DNA from: an uncultured bacterium
GTDB taxonomy: Bacteria > Fidelibacterota > Marinisomatia > Marinisomatales > UBA1611
Direction of reading: 5' to 3'
Assembly (NCBI GenBank): GCA_965660855.1
Contig: CBFIBM010000003.1
Span: 86,382-150,381, forward strand
DNA: 64,000 nucleotides
Shown: positions 18,534 through 29,531 of the stretch, in pieces
How the letters are laid out: every line of letters starts with the position of its first letter
Numbering within the stretch: position 1 is the stretch's first letter
Made by a program: the position numbers and the translations under genes
The notes under the pieces: generated by a model
Databases searched by the model: none
What the model was told of the DNA's origin: nothing
The model's input: only the letters and a program-made list of their open reading frames with translations

Positions 18534-18879
18534 TCTAAATTTTAAAAATATTCAAACAATGATCGGGCCAGATGTTGAAATTAATGGACCAATAAAATTG
18601 AAACAAGGTATCATTGTTTATGGTAGAGTAAATGGTGATATTATAACGGAAGGGCCAGTTAGAATTTCGGGTGGTGCATTAGTGGATGGCGATATAATTG
18701 GTGAGGATATAAAAATAGGAGGAACCGTTGTTGGAAACATAAATTCAAATGGTCAAGTTGTTTTGGGTTCTCGATGTATTCTGAAAGGTGATATTGTTTA
18801 TAGAAAGCTTACAATTGAAGATGGTGCTCAGTTTGAAGGTAAATGTGATCTTTCATATGAAAAGAATTCTAATATTTAG
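18526..18879 (+). CDS. bactofilin (polymer-forming cytoskeletal protein, CcmA-like)
   Basis: Repetitive beta-helical pattern (GPIKLKQGIIVYGRVNGDIITEGPVRISGGALVDGDIIGEDIKIGGTVVGNI...) typical of DUF583. Overlaps the M23 gene by 8 nt. Confidence 0.8.
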   Translation: MSNLNFKNIQTMIGPDVEINGPIKLKQGIIVYGRVNGDIITEGPVRISGGALVDGDIIGEDIKIGGTVVGNINSNGQVVLGSRCILKGDIVYRKLTIEDGAQFEGKCDLSYEKNSNI

Positions 18880-18913
18880 GTGCTCGACTATTTCTGATAA
18901 AAATAAAAATTCA

Positions 18914-19150
18914 ATGTTTACGATGATAAAGCTAGCTACATCATTTCAAAAAATCGTACATCAATCAGGCCCTGCTGCCTCTGCATCCTATTCATTAATT
19001 GGCTCCATTTTGATATTTACTTTTCTTGGTAGGTATATTGATACAAAATATGATTCCGAACCAACTTTTACAATATCAGGACTTTCATTTGGACTAATGG
19101 TTGGGTTCTATGGATTATTTAAAGTTTTTTATTTGAAAAAAAAAAGATAA
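18914..19150 (+). CDS. AtpZ/AtpI-family small membrane protein preceding the ATP synthase operon
   Basis: ...YSLIGSILIFTFLGRYIDTKYDSEPTFTISGLSFGLMVGFYGLFK is the two-TM AtpZ/AtpI pattern. ATG at 18914 (or 18857) is more plausible than the track start at 18788, which overlaps bactofilin. Confidence 0.6.
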   Translation: MFTMIKLATSFQKIVHQSGPAASASYSLIGSILIFTFLGRYIDTKYDSEPTFTISGLSFGLMVGFYGLFKVFYLKKKR

Positions 19151-19302
19151 TAAAGAAAATTTTTCCAAAAATTAATTTTATTCTTTTAATAGCCTGATAT
19201 AGTGATGTATTTTTTGCGGCTTTTTAAAGTTGTTTTTTTTTAAAAATCTAGTAAATCAAATTTCATTATTAATTAAAAAATTAAAGTGTTAAGCAAATTT
19301 AA

Positions 19303-20256
19303 ATGAGTGCCCTAGCCGCAGCTGAACATTCAAATTCCAGCGTTATGGATCAAGTCGGTCCTAATATTATTCATCATGTCTCTAACACGTTTAGTGAAAC
19401 AGATGCTTTCCACCCCATTATTTCATTGCCTACCGTTTTTGGTGTTAATTTATCTGTTTCAAAGCATGTTTTGATGCTCTGGATAGTTTCTTTTTTACTT
19501 GTTCTTACCATAATATTACCCGTTCGTAAATTTATACGCAGTAAAAAAAGAGTTCCTTCAGGTTGGGTAAATGCAATTGAAGCAATTGCTAAATTTATTC
19601 GTGATGCAATAGCTCTACCTAATATAGGAGAAAAGTGGATTTTGACTTGGGCTCCTCTCTTAATGACTTTTTTCTTCTTTATATTATACTCGAATGGAAT
19701 AGGCATGGTGCCAATTTTTGATGTTCTAGGACTAATAAACAGGTTTGTAATAGGCGTTCCTCCAGATGCCCATGGTACTCATTCAGGTAATCTAATAAAT
19801 GATATGTTGCACGGTGGTGTTACAGCAACAGGAAATTTCAATGTAACTGGAGCTCTGGCTACTGTTACATTTTTTGCTATCATTATAGCTGGAACTTTAG
19901 CTCATGGATTTCTACAGCACTTGAAAAATTTAGTACCACATGGACTACCTATTCCAGTTTATTTTTTACTAATACCCATCGAAATTATGGGTTTATTTGT
20001 TAAGCCTTTTGCATTGACAATGAGGTTAGCTGCTAATATGACAGGTGGTCATGTTGCTCTACTTGCATTGCTATCTCTGATGGCTATTTTTGGAGAATTG
20101 TTTGGCACTTCGGTAGGTATTGGTGTTGCATCTATTGCTATACCCATGGCTGTGGCTGTGGCTGCCTTGGAAATTATTGTTGTGCTTGTTCAGGCATATG
20201 TTTTTACTTTATTAACTGCCGTATTTATAGGTATGGCAATTCATGTACATCATTAA
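19303..20256 (+). CDS. atpB: F-type ATP synthase subunit a
   Basis: RLAANMTGGH essential-Arg motif, multiple TM helices, operon position. Confidence 0.9.
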   Translation: MSALAAAEHSNSSVMDQVGPNIIHHVSNTFSETDAFHPIISLPTVFGVNLSVSKHVLMLWIVSFLLVLTIILPVRKFIRSKKRVPSGWVNAIEAIAKFIRDAIALPNIGEKWILTWAPLLMTFFFFILYSNGIGMVPIFDVLGLINRFVIGVPPDAHGTHSGNLINDMLHGGVTATGNFNVTGALATVTFFAIIIAGTLAHGFLQHLKNLVPHGLPIPVYFLLIPIEIMGLFVKPFALTMRLAANMTGGHVALLALLSLMAIFGELFGTSVGIGVASIAIPMAVAVAALEIIVVLVQAYVFTLLTAVFIGMAIHVHH

Positions 20257-20278
20257 ATAAAAAAAAAGGAAAAAAATA

Positions 20279-20494
20279 ATGGACTCAACATTACTAATAC
20301 CTCTTGGAATGGGATTAATTGTTTTAGGAGCAGGAATGGGAATTGGAAAATTTACTTCAGCAGCAGCAGAGAGTATTGCTCGCCAACCTGAAGCTGCAGA
20401 TAAAATTACTGGAGCTATTAATCTACCTTTATTCTTATTAGAGGGTGTTGCTATTTTAGCTGAGGTATTCACTTTCTTAATGCTTATTCTTTAA
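20279..20494 (+). CDS. atpE: F-type ATP synthase subunit c
   Basis: 71-aa hairpin with the ARQPE loop and the carboxylate in FLLEGVAIL. Confidence 0.9.
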   Translation: MDSTLLIPLGMGLIVLGAGMGIGKFTSAAAESIARQPEAADKITGAINLPLFLLEGVAILAEVFTFLMLIL

Positions 20495-20508
20495 ACAACA
20501 GATTAATT

Positions 20509-21084
20509 ATGAGCCAATTAAGAGTAGTGCCTGGTGGTGAAAACCTCCATGGAACCACCCATGGACATGGGGGGTCTGAGCCACCAAATCCTTTAGTTCA
20601 GTTAGATCCAGGTTTATTTTTTTGGACCATTCTCACCTTTGTCACTCTTAGTTTTGTACTTGCGAAGTTTGCATGGAAGCCATTACTTACTGCGTTAAAA
20701 GAAAGGGAAGATCAGATAAATAAATCATTAGGTGATGCAGATAAGGCTAAGTTGGAGCTTGAAAAAATAAATACTCAATCAGAAGAAATTATTTTAAAAG
20801 CTAAAGAAAATGCGTCGGAAATTCAATCAGAAGCGAAATTAATGGCAGAAAAAGTAAAATCTGATATTCTCGAAAAAGCTAATGAAGAAACGAAAATCTT
20901 AAGGGATAAAGCTGAAAAACAAATCAATATTGAAAAGGATAAAGCCCTAAACGATATAAGGAAAGAAGTAGTTGGTTTGTCAATGGTGGTTGCTGAAAAA
21001 TTAATTAAAAAGAACTTGTCAGAAAATGATAATGAAAAATTAATTAATGAAACACTAAAAGGCTTGAAAGGATATGAAGCTTAG
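20509..21084 (+). CDS. atpF: F-type ATP synthase subunit b (with unusual N-terminal extension)
   Basis: LDPGLFFWTILTFVTLSFVLAKFAWKPL, then a long coiled coil. Preceded by a roughly 33-aa Gly/His/Pro-rich extension. Confidence 0.85.
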   Translation: MSQLRVVPGGENLHGTTHGHGGSEPPNPLVQLDPGLFFWTILTFVTLSFVLAKFAWKPLLTALKEREDQINKSLGDADKAKLELEKINTQSEEIILKAKENASEIQSEAKLMAEKVKSDILEKANEETKILRDKAEKQINIEKDKALNDIRKEVVGLSMVVAEKLIKKNLSENDNEKLINETLKGLKGYEA

Positions 21085-21613
21085 AAAACCAGAAAAAGTA
21101 CTCTCTCAAATATTATTTGATATTTCTTTTAAAGATCAAATGCAGGACAAAATGCTTTCAGATTTATCCTATTTGATTAAGGTAATCCAAAATGAAAATC
21201 AAATGAAATCTTTCATTCAATCAAAAAAGATATCAAATGATCAAAAACTAGATATATTGAAACTAGTTTTTAAAGATAGTATCAATGCAGTACTTATTGA
21301 AGTTATATCGTTACTGTCAGGGCCAGACTCAATTAAAGTACTTAACAGTATTAACAAATACTACGTGGAGAGATACAAAAAAGAAAATAATATAGCAGAT
21401 GTAAAAATAGTTGTTGCGAAAAAGCTCCGCACCCCGCAAATGAAAATTCTTGAATCGTCCATTAGTAAGTCATTAGGTAAAAATATAGCTTTATCAGTCG
21501 AGGTCGATGAGAAGATTATAGGAGGTATGAAACTTCGAGTTGAAGATACTTTTATAGACGGATCAATTATTAATCAATTACAGAGCCTCAAAACAGAGCT
21601 CTTACAAATTTGA
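21074..21613 (+). CDS. atpH: F-type ATP synthase subunit delta (OSCP)
   Basis: Position between atpF and atpA. C-terminal ...IIGGMKLRVEDTFIDGSI motif. Confidence 0.8.
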   Translation: MKLRKPEKVLSQILFDISFKDQMQDKMLSDLSYLIKVIQNENQMKSFIQSKKISNDQKLDILKLVFKDSINAVLIEVISLLSGPDSIKVLNSINKYYVERYKKENNIADVKIVVAKKLRTPQMKILESSISKSLGKNIALSVEVDEKIIGGMKLRVEDTFIDGSIINQLQSLKTELLQI

Positions 21614-21626
21614 TAAATAGGATATT

Positions 21627-23153
21627 ATGGAAATTAAAACAGATCAATTAACAAAAATTCTTCGTCAACAGATTGAAAAATTTGATGGTAATACTGACGT
21701 AACAGAGGTTGGAGAAGTTATCGAGGTTGGAGATGGTGTTGCTCGAGTTTCAGGACTCGAAAACGTCATGAGTTCTGAATTAGTCGAGCTACAAAAAGAT
21801 ATTTTTGGAATGGCTCTAAATCTAGAAGAAGATAATGTAGGTCTCGTTCTCTTTGGAGAAACTAGACATGTAAAAGAAGGTGATATTGCCAAAAGAACTG
21901 GTCGTGTGGTGGAAGTACCTGTTGGTGAAGAAATGCTGGGAAGAGTTGTTAATCCTCTCGGGCAACCAATTGATGGTAAAGGTGCGATAAATGCAAAAGC
22001 AACTTTGCCAATTGAGAGAAAGGCATTAGGTGTTATGGAAAGGCAACCAGTTACAGAGCCTCTCCAGACAGGTATCAAAGCTGTTGATAGCATGATTCCA
22101 ATTGGAAGAGGACAAAGAGAGCTCATTATTGGTGATCGTCAAACTGGTAAAACAGCTGTTGCAATTGATGCAATCATTAATCAAGCTTACACACACAAAA
22201 CTGACTCTCCAGTTTTTTGTATTTATGTTGCAATTGGCCAAAAAGCATCCACTGTAGCTGCATTAGTTCAAGAATTAGAAGCTAATGGAGCTATGGAGTA
22301 CACTACGGTTGTGGCTGCAAATGCATCTGATCCAGCACCAATGCAATATATTGCACCATACTCAGGTAGTGCAATGGGTGAATATTTTAGAGATAATGGT
22401 AAGCATGGTCTCATAGTTTTTGATGATTTATCAAAACAAGCAGTAGCTTACAGGCAAATGTCCCTTGTTTTAAGAAGGCCGCCAGGAAGAGAAGCTTTCC
22501 CAGGAGATGTTTTTTATCTTCATAGCCGTTTACTTGAAAGAGCCTCAAAACTATCTGATGATTTAGGAGGCGGATCCTTGACGGCATTGCCAATAATTGA
22601 AACGCAAGAAGGCGACGTATCTGCATATATCCCTACTAATGTAATTTCTATTACTGATGGGCAAATATATCTTGAAACTAATATTTTTAATTCAGGAATA
22701 AGACCTGCCATTGATGTTGGTCTTTCAGTTTCAAGAGTTGGTGGAAATGCTCAAATTAAAGCAATGAAATCTGTAGCTGGTACATTAAGATTAGACTTAG
22801 CTCAATTTAGAGAATTGGAAGCATTTGCAAAATTTGGTTCAGATTTAGATAAAGCTACACTTGCGCAGTTGACTCGTGGAGAAAGAATGGTGGAAATTTT
22901 AAAACAAAATCAATATGTTCCAATGAGTGTTGAGAAACAAGTTGCGATAATTTTTGCTGCTTCAAAAGGATATTTAGATGATTTAGATATAAGTCAGGTG
23001 GCTGATTTTGAGTCTAATCTTTTTGACTATCTTGATGCAAATTCTAAAGATATTTTAGATGAGATTGTGAAAGAAGGAAAAATTTCTAATGAATTAGAGA
23101 ATGAGCTCAATTCTTCAATTGAAAAATTTAAGTCTGGATTTCAAACAGCTTAA
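21627..23153 (+). CDS. atpA: F-type ATP synthase subunit alpha
   Basis: Walker A GDRQTGKT, and the sequence is alpha-subunit-like along its full length. Confidence 0.95.
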   Translation: MEIKTDQLTKILRQQIEKFDGNTDVTEVGEVIEVGDGVARVSGLENVMSSELVELQKDIFGMALNLEEDNVGLVLFGETRHVKEGDIAKRTGRVVEVPVGEEMLGRVVNPLGQPIDGKGAINAKATLPIERKALGVMERQPVTEPLQTGIKAVDSMIPIGRGQRELIIGDRQTGKTAVAIDAIINQAYTHKTDSPVFCIYVAIGQKASTVAALVQELEANGAMEYTTVVAANASDPAPMQYIAPYSGSAMGEYFRDNGKHGLIVFDDLSKQAVAYRQMSLVLRRPPGREAFPGDVFYLHSRLLERASKLSDDLGGGSLTALPIIETQEGDVSAYIPTNVISITDGQIYLETNIFNSGIRPAIDVGLSVSRVGGNAQIKAMKSVAGTLRLDLAQFRELEAFAKFGSDLDKATLAQLTRGERMVEILKQNQYVPMSVEKQVAIIFAASKGYLDDLDISQVADFESNLFDYLDANSKDILDEIVKEGKISNELENELNSSIEKFKSGFQTA

Positions 23154-24004
23154 TGGCAAACTTAAAAGACATAAGAGATCGCATAAAATCGGTCAAAAGT
23201 ATACAAAAAGTTACAAAGGCAATGAAAATGGTTGCTGCAGCTAAAATGCGAAAGGCGCAAGATCGAATGGAGTTAGCTAGACCATATAGTAATTCTTTAA
23301 CGGATGTCATAAAAAATCTCATACCTGAAGTTGATAGAAGTTTGCTGCCTTTATTGAGTAAGAGAGATATTAAGAGAAAAGCATATATCATTGTTTCTGC
23401 TGATAGAGGCCTTGCTGGAGCTTTTAATACAAATGTTCTGAAGGTAGCCCAAAAAGAAATAGATGATTTTGGTAAAGATAATGTAGACTTATTTTGTATA
23501 GGTAAAAAATCTATTGACCATTTCAAAAAAAGAAATTATAACATTGTGGAAAGCCATGCTGATTTCTGGTCTGAAATGGAATTTGAATCTGCAGTTTCCA
23601 TAGGTCGTGATATTGTTGAACATTTTACAAATTTAAAGGTTGATGAAGTCCACGTAGTGTACAATTATTTTATAAATGTTGCTCAACAGGAAGTAATATC
23701 AGAAACATTACTCCCACTTGATTACGATGATAATACAGAAACTCTTAGTGACAAGCTTTACGAGCCATCAAAAGAAGATATAATAAAATCTTTGATTCCA
23801 AGACACCTAAATGTTCAAATGTGGAAATATTTATTAGAATCATATGCAAGTGAGCAGGCTGCTAGGATGCTTTCTATGGAGAATGCGACTACAAATGCAG
23901 AGGATATGATAAAAGAATTAACATTAGAATTTAACAAAGCTAGACAGGCTGCAATTACTACTGAAATGTTAGAAATCGTTGGTGGTGCTGAAGCTCTAGG
24001 ATAA
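23153..24004 (+). CDS. atpG: F-type ATP synthase subunit gamma
   Basis: [32 protein letters not shown]-terminus and ...ITTEMLEIVGGAEAL C-terminus. Confidence 0.95.
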   Translation: MANLKDIRDRIKSVKSIQKVTKAMKMVAAAKMRKAQDRMELARPYSNSLTDVIKNLIPEVDRSLLPLLSKRDIKRKAYIIVSADRGLAGAFNTNVLKVAQKEIDDFGKDNVDLFCIGKKSIDHFKKRNYNIVESHADFWSEMEFESAVSIGRDIVEHFTNLKVDEVHVVYNYFINVAQQEVISETLLPLDYDDNTETLSDKLYEPSKEDIIKSLIPRHLNVQMWKYLLESYASEQAARMLSMENATTNAEDMIKELTLEFNKARQAAITTEMLEIVGGAEALG

Positions 24005-24009
24005 AATAA

Positions 24010-25421
<1,412 letters not shown>

Positions 25422-25422
<1 letters not shown>

Positions 25423-25820
25423 TGACTGATTTTTGTGTAGATATTGTTACCCCAACTAAGAATTTAAATTTAAAAAATATTACTTATTTACGTTGTCCTG
25501 GTTTGGATGGTGCTTTTGGTGTGTTGCCAAATCATCAAGAAGGTATATTTGCATTAGGTGTAGGTGAGCTAAAAGTAATAAAAAATGGAGAGAGTAATTA
25601 TTTTTCAGTAGGAGGAGGTTTTGCAGAGATTATTTCTAATAAAATAAAGCTCTTAGTTGAATCTGTAGAATCTTCATCTGAAATAGATTCTGAAAGAGCA
25701 AACAATGCGTTAAGTAGAGCAACTGAAAGAAAGTCTAAGTTAAAATCTAATTATGACCAAAGTCGTGTTAATGCCTCTCTAATGAGAGCAATGAACAGAT
25801 TAAAGGTCTCAAATAGATGA
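25422..25820 (+). CDS. atpC: F-type ATP synthase subunit epsilon
   Basis: Beta-sandwich plus helical hairpin pattern. The start overlaps the atpD stop (TAATG). Confidence 0.85.
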
Positions 25821-25844
25821 AAATATTTCATATAAAAAAATAAT

Positions 25845-25879
25845 AAAACCGCTTGTAATTTAAATAGCGGTTTTTTTTT
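25845..25879 (+). terminator. intrinsic terminator closing the atp operon
   Basis: ACCGCT(25848-25853)...AGCGGT(25866-25871) followed by 9 T. Confidence 0.7.
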
Positions 25880-25898
25880 ACTAGTTATTGGATAAATA

Positions 25899-27656
25899 AT
25901 GTATAAAAGCACTCATAAATGCGGAAATATTGACATAGAAGATTTAGGAAATCAGGTTTTTTTAAATGGGTGGATTCATTCAATTAGATTACATGGTCAA
26001 GTAGTTTTTATTGATTTAAGAGATAGATATGGATTAATTCAATTAGTTTTTGATTCAACTTTAATTCCCGATAGTTTTGAGTTTGTAAAAAAATTATCGA
26101 TGGAAGATGTATTATCAATTAAAGGAAATGTGAGAAAAAGGGAAGTCCCCGCAACAAACAAGAATCTTAAAACTGGTAAAATCGAAATATTAATTGAAAA
26201 TTATAAATTACTCAACAAAGCTAAGACGCTTCCTTTTGTTCTCTCTGACAGATCTAGTTCCGAAGAGAATCTAAGATTAAAATATAGATACTTAGAATTA
26301 CGAATGGATGAACTGCAAAAAAACATCTTATTAAGGCATAAAACTTATCAAGAAACTAGAAATTTTTTGTCACATAATAGCTTTGTTGAGGTAGAAACAC
26401 CAATTCTAATGAAGTCAACCCCTGAAGGTGCAAGAGATTATTTAGTTCCAAGTCGAATTCAGAAAGGAAAATTTTATGCTCTACCACAGTCCCCACAACT
26501 TTACAAACAAATTTTGATGATTGCGGGATATGATCGTTACTTTCAAATTGTAAAATGTTTTAGAGATGAGGATCTAAGAGCAGATAGGCAGCCAGAGTTC
26601 ACCCAAATTGATATAGAAATGTCTTTTGTTGATGAGTCTGATATTTTTAAACATATTGAGCAATTGGTAAAACATATATTTAAAAAAGTTAGAAATATTA
26701 ATTTAAATGATAATTTTCCTAAGTTGACCTACCTTGAATCATTAGAAAAATACGGAACAGACAAGCCTGACTTAAGATATGGACTAGAGATTCTTGATTT
26801 AAAACCCTTTACTGATCCATCTAATTTTAATGTTTTTAAAAATTGTGAAGTTGTTAAGGGCTTAATTGTAAAAAATGGAGCAAAATATTCTAGGAAAGAT
26901 ATAGATAAGTATACCGACCATGTGAAAAAGTATAAAGCAAAAGGTTTAGCTTGGATGAAATCGGAAATGGGTGACCTAACTGGTGGAATTTCGAAATTTT
27001 TTTCAAAAGAATTGAAAAAAAATATTGTTGAAACGTTTGATATAAAAAACAGTGATATTATTTTTTTAATTGGCGATAAAAGGAATATCACTTTAAATGC
27101 TCTGGGTCACCTTAGAACATTCATAGCTAAAATCGAGGGACTTCCTAAAAAAGATGACTTTAAACCAGTTTGGATAACTGAATTCCCTATGTTTGATTAT
27201 GACTTAAATGAAAATAGATTCATTGCTATGCATCACCCATTTACGGCACCAAAAAAAACTGATATTAAATTACTAGATACTGGACCTTCTAAAGTAATGA
27301 GCCGTGGCTATGATTTGGTAATGAATGGCTATGAGATTGCAGGCGGATCGATTCGAATTCATAAACCTGATTTACAAGAAAAGGTTTTTAAATTACTAGG
27401 TCTAGGAAATAATGAAATTAATGAAAAATTTGGATTTTTAGTTGAAGCTTTAAATTATGGTGCTCCACCACATGGTGGAATAGCTTTTGGGTTTGATCGT
27501 TTGGTTATGTTACTAGCAGGAACTGAAAATATTCGTGATGTAATTGCATTCCCTAAAACTACTTCGGCAACTTCTCTTATGGACCAGAGCCCTAACAGCG
27601 TCAGAGAAGCACAATTAAATGATTTAGGGATTAAAATAAAAGAGAACAATTCTTAA
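25899..27656 (+). CDS. aspS: aspartate--tRNA ligase (bacterial type)
   Basis: Class II motifs (FRDEDLRADRQPEFTQID, GGSIRIH, PPHGGIAFGFDRL), an N-terminal OB fold and the bacterial insertion domain. Confidence 0.95.
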   Translation: MYKSTHKCGNIDIEDLGNQVFLNGWIHSIRLHGQVVFIDLRDRYGLIQLVFDSTLIPDSFEFVKKLSMEDVLSIKGNVRKREVPATNKNLKTGKIEILIENYKLLNKAKTLPFVLSDRSSSEENLRLKYRYLELRMDELQKNILLRHKTYQETRNFLSHNSFVEVETPILMKSTPEGARDYLVPSRIQKGKFYALPQSPQLYKQILMIAGYDRYFQIVKCFRDEDLRADRQPEFTQIDIEMSFVDESDIFKHIEQLVKHIFKKVRNINLNDNFPKLTYLESLEKYGTDKPDLRYGLEILDLKPFTDPSNFNVFKNCEVVKGLIVKNGAKYSRKDIDKYTDHVKKYKAKGLAWMKSEMGDLTGGISKFFSKELKKNIVETFDIKNSDIIFLIGDKRNITLNALGHLRTFIAKIEGLPKKDDFKPVWITEFPMFDYDLNENRFIAMHHPFTAPKKTDIKLLDTGPSKVMSRGYDLVMNGYEIAGGSIRIHKPDLQEKVFKLLGLGNNEINEKFGFLVEALNYGAPPHGGIAFGFDRLVMLLAGTENIRDVIAFPKTTSATSLMDQSPNSVREAQLNDLGIKIKENNS

Positions 27657-27685
27657 TTTTTTATTATAAAACTATTTAAAGATTA

Positions 27686-28306
27686 TTAGTATAGAATTTT
27701 CTTAATCTCATTAATATTTTGTTTTAAACACATATCGATGGTTTTTTGTAATTCTAGACCATTATACCAAGATGAATTTGACCAAACAATTTTCCCTGAA
27801 TCATTATCTCTTAAATTAAATACTAAGCTGACTCTACTTTCAGTGTATTCAATTCTACTACTTTCGATAACATTACCAGAATGTGTTTTAGTTGTAGACG
27901 AAGATATCATTTCAGATTTTTCATTTTTACCGTTCTGTTCTGCTGATTGGTTTATAGTTGTTTCAACATATCCTCTGTCTTCATTTCTATATGGTAAGAT
28001 TATTCTATCTGATTCTTTATATTGAGTGATTAGGCAAGATAGTAAAAGGATATTCTCTTTCGTATCATTTATTACAACAGATTTATCAATTTTTTGATGT
28101 AATTCAAATTCATACCTTAAAAAATTATGAATCAAACTAGACTCAACCATTTCTCCAGACCCTGAAATATCCCTAAAGTCTTTTATGGGTAGAATTTTTA
28201 TTGATTTCACATTTTTAAAATTATATGAATTACTTATAGCAGGATTATTATAGCAAGATATAGAAAAAATTAGAAGTATAAACTCTACTTTTTTTATCAT
28301 AATCAA
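27686..28306 (-). CDS. lipoprotein, hypothetical (LpoB/CsgG-N-like alpha/beta module suspected)
   Basis: Lipobox IFSISC. The KSIKILPIKDFRDISGSGEMVESSLIHNFL pattern resembles periplasmic lipoproteins of that fold. ATGA overlap with the upstream TPR gene. Confidence 0.4.
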   Translation of the reverse strand: MIMIKKVEFILLIFSISCYNNPAISNSYNFKNVKSIKILPIKDFRDISGSGEMVESSLIHNFLRYEFELHQKIDKSVVINDTKENILLLSCLITQYKESDRIILPYRNEDRGYVETTINQSAEQNGKNEKSEMISSSTTKTHSGNVIESSRIEYTESRVSLVFNLRDNDSGKIVWSNSSWYNGLELQKTIDMCLKQNINEIKKILY

Positions 28307-28614
28307 TCAATTAAAAGGTTTTTTAAATGATTTTTAGATTCTTCTATAAGTTTTTGTTCTCCTTTAGAATATTTTAGACAATTTTTCCATGATTGAATAG
28401 CTTTTTTATTATTTCCAAGAGTTTCATGTAAGAGACCTTCAATTTTATATATTTGGGGATCAGTTGGATTTTTTATTTTTGATTCAGATAGATGTACTAA
28501 AGCCTCTTCGTACATTCCAGATTTCAAGGCTAATGAGGCATTGACTAGATGATCATTTTGGTATCCATTAAGAAAACTTAAAATAATCATAATTAATAAT
28601 AATAAATTATTCAT
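28303..28614 (-). CDS. small secreted TPR-repeat protein
   Basis: The internal ATG (28614) gives signal peptide MNNLLLLIMIILSFLNG and lies 4 nt after the upstream stop. TPR-like helices (ALKSGMYEEALVHL..., NNKKAIQSWKNCLKY). Confidence 0.5.
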   Translation of the reverse strand: MNNLLLLIMIILSFLNGYQNDHLVNASLALKSGMYEEALVHLSESKIKNPTDPQIYKIEGLLHETLGNNKKAIQSWKNCLKYSKGEQKLIEESKNHLKNLLID

Positions 28615-28618
28615 AGTG

Positions 28619-29374
28619 TCATTCAAACAATAAAGATTCTTTTTCAAGTAGTCTTTGAGCATAAATCTTTGAAAAATAATTATCATTCATAATTTCAGGG
28701 AATTGATTAATATCTGAATTTAAAACTTCTTTTAGTATTTTATTATACTGTTCACGGTTGCCTTTTTTTTGATGATAAAATTCTGCATAAGATACCCAAT
28801 TAAATAAATATTCGGGGTGAGAATCTATTGATTGTTTAAAATAGGTATCAGCTTGGCCAAGTTCCACGCCAGGAATTTTGGTGTATAGTGATCCAAAAAA
28901 TCGATAAGGACCACTGTAATTATAACCAGGGTCAAGAGCAAGTACACGATTCATGAGAACCTCTAGTAGCTCTCTATGGTTTAGTCTTTTTATTACAGGT
29001 TGTTCAATTAAATAGTGGGATAAGTTTTCAGCCCACCAAAATAACCCAGGTACAACTTCTTTTGGTGCATTTGCTATTGATGCTAAAATTTTAGAAGAAC
29101 TATCTAAAGTAGATTTATCTAAAAGTATTTTAACCTTATTATGGTTGAGGATTGCTTGTCTAGAGATTTTAGCTCCTTCTAAAAACAAAGAATCTTTTAA
29201 TTTAGGATCCATCTCTATATTTTTTGCTATGTTGTATTTAATTTTACTTAGCAAAATAGATAATTCAAAATCTATGTGACGTTTATTTTTTGCAAGACTA
29301 ATAAAATGATCTGCTTTTTTTAAAGCTTCATCATTGGTTCTTTGTTCCCAAAATAACTTACCTCTTTTAATCAA
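28619..29374 (-). CDS. TPR-like periplasmic protein, possibly TatT (TRAP-T-component)-family; N-terminus unresolved
   Basis: ...GPYRFFGSLYTKIPGVELGQADTYFKQSIDSHPEYLFNWVSYAEFY... resembles the TatT C-terminal region (from memory). The frame stays open upstream to 29512 and encodes a signal/lipobox-like peptide without a canonical start codon. Confidence 0.4.
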   Translation of the reverse strand: MIKRGKLFWEQRTNDEALKKADHFISLAKNKRHIDFELSILLSKIKYNIAKNIEMDPKLKDSLFLEGAKISRQAILNHNKVKILLDKSTLDSSSKILASIANAPKEVVPGLFWWAENLSHYLIEQPVIKRLNHRELLEVLMNRVLALDPGYNYSGPYRFFGSLYTKIPGVELGQADTYFKQSIDSHPEYLFNWVSYAEFYHQKKGNREQYNKILKEVLNSDINQFPEIMNDNYFSKIYAQRLLEKESLLFE

Positions 29375-29531
29375 GAAATTAACATTATCATTATTTGATT
29401 TATTTTCAATAGTTGGCTGAAAGCAACAGACAAAAAATGAAATGAAGAGTAAAGAAAGAAGTTTTTGTTTTAAATGTAAAATAATATTTAACCTTATATT
29501 AGTGATGACAAATTAAAGGTATTTATTTATA

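Noticed and set aside
18788-18913. Long N-terminal extension of the AtpZ-like ORF that overlaps the bactofilin gene by 92 nt
   Set aside because: The extension has no AtpZ-like sequence and overlaps a confident gene. The internal ATGs at 18857 and 18914 fit the family length better.
20279-20494. Possible Na+-translocating c subunit
   Set aside because: The carboxylate is followed by Gly (LLEGVA), not the Ser/Thr seen in the Na+-binding motif as I remember it from Ilyobacter/Propionigenium. The upstream Gln of that motif is not evident. It is most simply a proton type.
21665-22711. Several 60-150-aa ORFs antisense to atpA (21665-22126, 22026-22241, 22411-22626, 22520-22711), and a similar one antisense to atpG (23128-23526)
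   Set aside because: They lie entirely inside, and opposite to, very confidently identified ATP synthase genes. Their translations are low-complexity (S/P/T-rich), as expected for antisense frames.
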